64,000 nucleotides of DNA from the human T2T-CHM13v2.0 reference genome, Homo sapiens: assembly GCF_009914755.1 (NCBI RefSeq), contig NC_060938.1, one strand, 5' to 3'. How positions within the stretch are numbered: position 1 is the first letter of the stretch; each line of letters opens with the position of its first letter. Position numbers and translations under genes: made by a program. The notes under the pieces are model-generated. The model saw only the letters and a list, made by a program, of their open reading frames with translations. It was not told the DNA's origin and did not search any database. Below are positions 60,600-64,000 of this stretch, piece after piece.

Positions 60600-61200
60600 T
60601 TTTTTTTTGTTTGTTTTTTTGAGATGAAGTCTCTCTCTCTCACCCAGGCTGGAGTGCAGTGGCGTGATCTCGTCTCACTGCAACCTCTGCCCCCCGGGTG
60701 CAATTCTTGCACCTCAGCCTCCCTAGTAGCTGGGATTACAGACATGCACCACCATCCCTGGCTAATTTTTGTATTTTTAGTAGAGATAGGGTTTTGCCAT
60801 GTTGGCCAGGCTGATCTTGAACTCCTGACCTCAAGTGATCCTCCTGCCTTGGCCTCCCAAAGTGGTGGAGTTATAGGCATGAGCCACCATCCCTGGCCAT
60901 TTTGTTTTTTGTTTGTTTGTTTGTTTGAGACGAGTCTCACTCTGCGGCCCATGCTAGAGTGCAGTGGCACAATCACAGCTCATTGCAGCCTCAACCTCTC
61001 TGGCTCAAGGGATCCTCCCATCTCAGCCTCCTGAGCAGCTGAGACCACAGGCTGGCACCACCATGCCTGGCTAATTATTTTTATTTTTTAGTAGAGATGA
61101 GGTCTCACTATGTTGTCCAGGCTGGCCTTGCACCCAAGAGATCCCACCACCTTGGCCTCCCAAAGTGCTGGGATTATAGGCATGAGCCATCACACCCAGC
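60600..61200 (-). mobile_element. Two tandem Alus (AluS 60600-60898, AluJ 60900-61200)
   Basis: Alu consensus matches. Confidence 0.92.
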
Positions 61201-61204
61201 AAAA

Positions 61205-61410
61205 ACTTTTCTTTAAAAAGCCAGATAGTAAATATTGTAGGCTTTGTGGGCCATTTACAATCTCCATTGCAATTATTCAGTTCTGCTGTGGCAGGACTAA
61301 AATAGCCATAGACAATATGTACATACATGGGTGTGGCTGTGTTCCAATAAAACTTTATTTACAAAACAGGTGGTGGGCCAGATTTGGCCATGGGCCATAC
61401 TTTCCCCACT
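61205..61410. mobile_element. MER58A
   Basis: CCAGATAGTAAATATT...GGCTGTGTTCCAATAAAACTTTATTTACAAAAC. Confidence 0.85.
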
Positions 61411-62433
61411 GTTGCTTTGGATCATAAGTGGCAGATGCCACATATTTCCATGCAGCATGTCATAAAGGTGAAAGGTACTGACACACTCTTATAAGCTTGT
61501 GAATCAACTTCCACGTGTGCTCCCTGCGGAAACGCAGGCAGCCCTTTAATGGCCACAGAGGGGCACTTAATTATATACATATATGTGCTCTACAACCACG
61601 CTAATAATGGTATGAGAGTAACTGAGCAACGGATAAGCTTTTATGAACTGAGAGGATAAAGATCATGATCTCTGGTGTACAATGAACCTGATTTTTCTTC
61701 CCTTTCTTATTTTATTTAAGTTAATATCACCCTTAAAGTTTGAATTATCCTGCAAGAATGCAGGTTCATTAACTCCCGTTCAGCTTGTGCATCATCTTAA
61801 TGGGACATATTTTGTAATGATGTGAATCACAAAACAGTCCTGGGCTCCAGAGGACCTAAATGTTTCATTGAAGTCATTACGAGCATTGCATACTAGGAGG
61901 GAAAGAGATTTTATTATTTAAAGATAACTTGCACAGAGAAAAAAAAAATTCTAGGAAGAAAATTTGAAGCATAGCCTGAAAAATAAAAAAAAATTTAAAA
62001 ATCAAAGAACATGCTGGTTCTAAAATGCGACTGAGACAGCCTTTCTCTGGCCACTCCATGCCCACTCTCAACCACGAATTTATTACCATGAAAAGTACCA
62101 ATCTGATGGTGTACAAAGGTAGGGGGGAAAATGTAAGAACAATGCCTTACATTTTCTACATTTTTTGCGTTCATGTATCACACTTGATACATTTTTCTTT
62201 GAGATGCCATTTTAACCCCTGGCATCTCAAAGGCAAAGTGATGGTCTCACACCCGGGAATGCTTGCTTAGGTAGGATCCCACCAACTGGCAACTTCCTAA
62301 AAGGTGATCACTTTTTCCAAACATGCCTCTTGCTCTATGCTACATTCTCTTTTAACGGTCTTTTTTTTTTTTTAATTTTTTGTTTGTTTTACAACAATTA
62401 TTTTTTTGACGTTTTTCCTTCTCTTAATGTTAC

Positions 62434-62917
62434 CGTTGGGGCTCAGAAACCCAATACCCTAAAATATGGTGGTCTGACATACTGAACTGAAGAAGCTTCA
62501 AGGTCTCTCTGACCTTCTCCACCCCATTGTCTCTCTCAAAAGCTTTATCTGCCTAAGATCCAGACCCACCAGAAGGAACCATTGTTCCTTCTTCTCCTCC
62601 CTCTAAGACCAAGAAGGTAACCATACTGGAACAGACCCTTTCACAAGAAAATGAACAAATTAATCTCTGTTCCCTGATCCGTTCATTCTTCCTAGTAATC
62701 CCGTCAACAGAGTTCCTCTTCGCTCCCTTCCCATAATGTCCAGCCAGGATGGCATATAAGCTTCCAAACCCCATTGGATGGTCACTGCGTGGCTCTGTGT
62801 GTGTGTGTGTGTGTTAAATAAATTGTCTGCCTTTTGTCCCATTAAACTGCCTTTTGTGAGTTGATTTTTCAAGCAAACCTTCAGAGGGCGAAGAGGAAGC
62901 TCTCCTTTGACCCTACA
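62434..62917 (+). mobile_element. ERV1 LTR (MER39/MER34 group)
   Basis: GTTGGGGCTCAGAAACCCAATACCCTAAAATATGG start; AACCTTCAGAGGGCGAAG...CCCTACA end. Confidence 0.75.
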
Positions 62918-63626
62918 TTGCTGTAATCTCTTGATTGTCTTGTCTGTCCTTGTTTCTCCTATTTGTTACTTTCTGGAGATGGAAAAGTCAGCCATTTGTC
63001 TAATGGAGTTCAGAATGATTTTCATACCACAGCCTCTCTTTTTAGATTGGTCTGTTACTGCCTTCAGTAACTACACCACATAACACCATAGTGTTGCATC
63101 ATGCTAAATGTTATAATGCCATCTTTTTCTTTAAGGGGTTATTCTCATAGCAATTTAAGTTGAATAAGTAAATCATTGTACTCTTAAGTTATTCCTATCG
63201 GTGTGCATAATTTATAAAAACTAGGCCTGCTATTGTGTTATTCATTTTCCTAATTGGGTTAGGTCCATCTTTGGCTCTCAGTTATCTGGTTTACCCTCAC
63301 ACCATCATGAATAAACATCACTGGTCTCAATATTGATTGCTAGAATATCTCAGCCCTAACTTCATCATCACACTCTTTAAATGGCATGGAAGTGTTTTTA
63401 CGGGCACTCTTTTCTCTCCCAAACCCCCCATTTCATCCTCTGGAATCCCTATAAAATGCTAAGTAAATTTCCTAACATATTCCAGCCTTTACCAAATGTT
63501 TCCCCTGCTTCCTGATTATAACCGAAGCCTGCTCTCCCTTGAGGACGTGCAGGGAGCTGGAGCTGGGATGAGGGCAAGATGAGCTCCATATTCTCTTATC
63601 TTCTCATTGCGCGGCTGCCAAACCAT

Positions 63627-63937
63627 CTTTTTATTTATTTATTTATTTATTTTTCTGATATGGAGTCTTGCTCTGTCACCCAGGCTGGAGTGCAGTGGCA
63701 TGATCTCGGCTCACTGCCACCTCTGCCTCCTGGGTTCAAGTGATTCTTCTGCCTCAGCCTCCCAAGGAGCTGGGATTACAGTTGCCTGCCACGGTGCCCA
63801 GCTAATTTTTTTGTATTTTTAGAGGAGACAGAGTTTCACTATGTTGGTCAGGATGGTCTTGAACTCCTGACCTCATGATCCACCCGCCTCGGCCTCCCAA
63901 AGTGCTGGGATTACAGGTGTGAGCCACCACACCCGGC
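63627..63937 (-). mobile_element. AluS
   Basis: Full-length; TSD AAACCATC. Confidence 0.93.
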
Positions 63938-64000
63938 CAAACCATCATTTTTTACCTTCACGTGAACGTCTCTTTCTCTTCAGCCTCACATCATCCAACT

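Noticed and set aside
60443-61034. 177-aa and 136-aa ORFs, plus all similar LECSG/GVQW ORFs
   Set aside because: Alu translations
61549-61568. CTCF-like TGGCCACAGAGGGGCAC
   Set aside because: Core spacing (CCASYAGRKGGC) does not fit in any register

Overview
Human (primate) genomic DNA with no supportable protein-coding exon. Nearly all ORFs in the track derive from Alu/L1/LTR/microsatellite sequence or are chance GC-rich frames. The anchor is a CpG island at ~18.7-19.4 kb inside a nearly repeat-free 13-20 kb block. It holds a minus-strand non-coding first exon (donor AAG|GTAACG at 18848/18847) that I recognise from memory as the distal 5'-UTR exon of FOXN3 (14q31-32; moderate confidence). 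On that reading, 1-18847 is intron 1 and >19 kb is upstream/divergent territory. The rest is ~38 Alus, old L1/L2/MIR, MaLR/ERVL/ERV1 LTRs, DNA-transposon relics, a 3'-truncated 7SK pseudogene and a Y1 RNA pseudogene nested in a deleted HERV-L relic. I found no clearly new biological system. The best second-look items are a uAUG in the first exon, a 144-bp tandem unit in a nested Alu, several templated-insertion repair scars, and candidate promoter/enhancer elements. Repeat subfamily calls are by eye and boundaries are approximate.
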